A stretch of DNA of 64,000 nucleotides from Takakia lepidozioides (taxonomy: Eukaryota; Plantae; Bryophyta): the NCBI GenBank assembly GCA_030704615.1, contig CM060732.1, positions 17,856,001 through 17,920,000 of the forward strand, given 5' to 3'. Of the stretch, positions 60,301 to 64,000 are shown piece after piece. Each line of letters begins with the position of its first letter. The first letter of the stretch is position 1. The notes under the pieces were generated by a model. The model worked only from the letters and a program-made list of their open reading frames with translations, was not told the DNA's origin and made no database searches. Made by a program: the position numbers and the translations under genes.

Positions 60301-63160
60301 CCTACTTTCCTCAGCCTCTAGCAAAGTCACACGGTAAACGGAGTGATTTCAATAGCCCTTTGCGCTATCTTCAGGTTCCGTTTGCCCGTGTCATCCCTAC
60401 CTCTTTCTCATTAAGCAGATGCCCTAGGCCACTACCACTCAATTCACGAGGCATGATATTCTGGGCCTAGAAACACAACAGGTGGTTCCTCTATTAAGAA
60501 CTCAATGTATGCTAATGACACCACATTGTTGTTTGTGTGCATCAAGGAGGCACCATCAAACATGAAAGAGCTCGTCAAACCCTGCATTTTTTCTGCTCCG
60601 GCTTCTGGGCTTTCAATAAACTGGACCAAATCAGTTGGCCCCTCATACAGCGTCTGCTTCGTCGTCCTACAGACAGCACGACCCTCCTGGGGGACAAGAT
60701 GTAGGTCCAAATTGTCTCCAGCCAGGTTCAGCGCACACACTTTTGGGCTTTCAGATTGGGATAGGGCTCACTGATGAGCAAAGATTTGAGCCTGTCTTAC
60801 AGAAGCTTCGTAACAACTGGCCTTTTGGAGCTCAACTACATGCTGTCTATTGCAGGCAGGGCTCTAGTTCTAAATCAATACTACTCGCATCATGTGGTAT
60901 CGCTCCTCGGTTTGGTCTCTGGGTTCCAAGCTAATCACAAAGCTGAAGCAATGATGAGAAACTTTTTGTGGGGTGCCTCCCCCCAAAACCCCACCAAAAG
61001 AGCTCTGGTATCCTGGGCACAACTTTGCCGTCCTAAAAAGAAGGTGGTTTGGGCCTTTTAGACCATCATCCATTCAGATCACGCCTTGCTAGCAACACAT
61101 GATACCTTAGGTTGCTTACCAATGAAGGAAGCCCATGGGGCAATCTGGTCAGAGAACACCTAGTGCAGGCCTATCTGCCGAACTCTCCTAACTGGTTGCC
61201 CATCTCTCAAATGGATAGTGCATGGGTCACAAATGGGTACTCGAAGCTATAGGGTCTGCGACTTGGAACCCACATGGGATGCTTGGAAGATGATGAAGCC
61301 TAAGTTAACTCAAAGACGAGCAAAATGCTTTGAAGAGGCCATCCGACAGCCACTATTTGGTAACCTCAACCTTGCCTACAGCCCATTGGCGACTCTCCAC
61401 AAAAAATGGGTTACCTGGGAGGTGTCAGGCCTCTCGCATGTTGCCAATATATGGGAGGATGGGCAATTCCTGGGACTGAGCCTCTTGTCCTCCCTGGTCT
61501 CTGCTAGATCAATCACATGTGGTTGGGCCCATATCCAAAGAGGTGTCCAATATGTGCAACCCCTGCTGGTAGGTGGCCCATGCACAACGAACGACTTACC
61601 TGCCTGGTCCGGTAGCTCGCATGACAACAATCATATGGCCATCTTGGCCACATCCACCTCTGATTCCCATTGGAAAGGTCTAATCTTCCATGCTATGGCT
61701 GGGGGACGCCTGGACTTATTAGGCTCATGCGACATGCACCATGACTTGGCCTACAGGATAAGGGTCTTTGATCTGAACTCGGGCTCTACTGAACACAGTC
61801 CACCTGACGGCGTAGAAGTGGGATGGGCTCGGCAGTTATCCTTCGTCTGGTTCCTATCTTATTCTCTAAGCAGACTTCAATTTGATCCAGGTGAATGGTC
61901 TTGGATGGATGGCAAGAAAACGCCCCTGCTTGGTTACACGGTCAAAAGGGGACACAAAATGCTTCTCGGCCAAGCAAATTTTACAGCCAAGTGGAATAAA
62001 AAATGGCATCTGGATTTATAGGTCCCGGCCTGGAAATCTATATGGAAAGACATATGGGCCAAACACCGTCCAACAAAAATTAGTGCATTCTTATGGAAGT
62101 TGGCAAACAGAATTCTGCCCGTGGCGGCTTGCTTTCAAGATCAAGACCTAGCTTGTCTAGTTTGTGCCAGAAACTCGGAGGAGACTATTGAACATGCTTT
62201 TATGGATTGCCACATTGCTGTGAGGACTTGGCAACTGGTCACTGCTTTCTACCTTCACTGGAAATAGCTACCATCTGTGGATGCATCGCTTCTGTTGCTC
62301 AACCTGCGCAATGGCTCATTATGGAGTACATGCCCAATATGGGCATGTCTCAGAGCACACACTCTTTGGGCACTATGGAACGCTAGGTGCACTTTAGTTT
62401 TTGAGACGACAAAGCCAAGCATCAAATTTATTCTGTTTAAGTTGTTCTCTGACCTGATGACTGAGGGGAAAAAGGCTTGGTTGTCACTGCTTGCTGCCAC
62501 AGCCAGGTGCAGCGACAGGAGGCGTCAACAGTTGCTTGCAAATTTCGACCTCACCTGGGCCAAAGACAACATCCTCTACACCAGGATTGATGACTCGAGA
62601 GTCCAATGGCATGACACGATCCCCGGGGCTTGGGAAATCGCCAGCTGAATCCGATGGTGCTGAAGTCAATTGGAAGCACCTCAACCTGCGCAGTGCAAAA
62701 TCCAAAGCCCACCGGAACTTTGGACTCTGATCCTCCCCCCTAGCCTGGAACGGTTATTGCTTAGTGACTCTGAACTCTACAACCTTCCCGGTCATATCTC
62801 GAATTTTGGTTCTGCAATCCTGCTCTGCTTTGCTGATGTTCTCCTGATGGTTATCAGGCTGATCGCAGCTAGACTGGCTGTATACGGGCCCTCTCCTCTC
62901 CATGCTTGAATCCAATCCTTTAGATTCTGGCTTTCTTGTTTTCAGCATTAGCTGCTATTTTAAGGACTTTTGTAGGTCCCTCCCCCTTTTCCCCCTCGTC
63001 CCTCTGTGTTCAAGGTGTACCCCTTGCATTTCACCTTTATGGTCCCCCTGGAGGTTATTTTTTCCTCCTGTCTGCCCACATTTTTGACTCATTGTGAACA
63101 TTTATCTCATTTAATTTGATTAAAAGGGCCTCTGTCCCTTAAAATTAAAAAAAATAAAAA
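57400..63160 (+). mobile_element. Decayed L1-clade (Tx1-like) LINE: ORF1 remnant, APE endonuclease, RT, C-terminal zinc finger and A-rich tail
   Basis: SWNIRG, IIFLQDHK, NVYAP, AGDFN, RLDRIY; KMPGLD, YRPITLLN, LDFEKAFD, YANDT; CLVC...ETIEHAFMDC; A-rich tail at 63141-63160. The 5' boundary is approximate and no TSD was found. Confidence 0.88.
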
Positions 63161-64000
63161 TTTCAAATTGCATAAAATCCTAACAAAGTATGTTTAATAC
63201 TTTTTGGAAGGTTGTTTTACCATTGAATCATGTTTGATGTGTATCTGCTGGAAGGTTGGTCACGTCAATATTAAAAATGTTCAATCCATGTATGTTAGTG
63301 TATCACTCGAAATGTTTTTCTTGCCATCAGATTACATAAAATCCAAACAAATATGTTTTATTACGAAATGTTGTTTCTATCATGTTTGATGGGTACCAAA
63401 CCAGAAGGTTGTTCATGCCAATTCTAAATCTGCTAAAAGACTTAATCCAAACATGTTGGTAGTGTCGGAAGATTATTCTTGTCAACTCGGTACAACTGTA
63501 ATAAGCGTATCTATTGAACTTCTCTATTGCGAGGTTGTCCACAAACCGGCTTTCACAAACCCGGGTATATGCCTATTGTAATGGCAGTTCTTAAAACCAG
63601 AAATAACTAGGAAAGCTGTATAACCAGGTACGTAATTTGGAATCGACCAGCCATAAAAATTTGTAATAGTTAGAACTACAGGTTATTGGAAAACAATAGC
63701 AACGCAAGAACTTAATGCAAGCGCGTGGTCTGACTCTACTTTCGGATTTCATGCAGCATAAGCTCTTCTGGCTGGCCCTGTCAAATCCTCCCCACCCCTC
63801 CTACCTCGGACTCATGATTAAACATTTTAGAGTAATTTCAATTGTTGTGTGGTACGATGGAAGAAAAAGTATATGATGCCTCTTGAAAGAAGTGTAAATT
63901 ATGGTGTCTTTCGACCCTCAAGGGCTATTACCCTCCGAGGAGAAGGTGGACACCTTTGTGACACTAATCAGTGGATTGACCCACAACCACTTCCTAGGTC

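Noticed and set aside
1-64000. tRNA, rRNA or intact host genes
   Set aside because: None recognised; all host-like coding pieces are fragments within transposon context.

Overview
Eukaryotic, repeat-dominated window. PLS-class PPRs, a class II formin fragment, a Tcn1-type chromovirus and spliceosomal introns point to a seed-free land plant (inference). I see no intact host gene. The window is a nest of transposons: (i) 1-2660, the 3' parts of two related SWIM-associated DNA-transposon-like elements; (ii) four CACTA/En-Spm termini (8751, 17174, 47898, 49285) with cargo of PPR, OSB-type PDF-motif and formin exons; (iii) a spliced minus-strand CACTA TnpA/Ptta-like gene (about 37985 to 18394) containing an FCP1/NIF-like HAD phosphatase domain, split by (iv) a young full-length 13.3-kb non-chromovirus Ty3/gypsy element (19793-33100, TSD TTCTC) with an extra 5' ORF and about 4.2 kb of extra coding sequence after pol; (v) a degenerate chromovirus (49286-55095) with a Tf1-type self-priming signature; (vi) a decayed L1-clade LINE (about 57400-63160) and four 3' fragments of another LINE family; (vii) a dispersed repeat forming a ~1.8-kb inverted pair. 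The strongest novelty candidates are the TnpA-FCP1/NIF fusion, the PPR/PDF mosaic cargo and the extra ORFs of the gypsy element. All domain calls come from motif recognition by eye; no searches were run.
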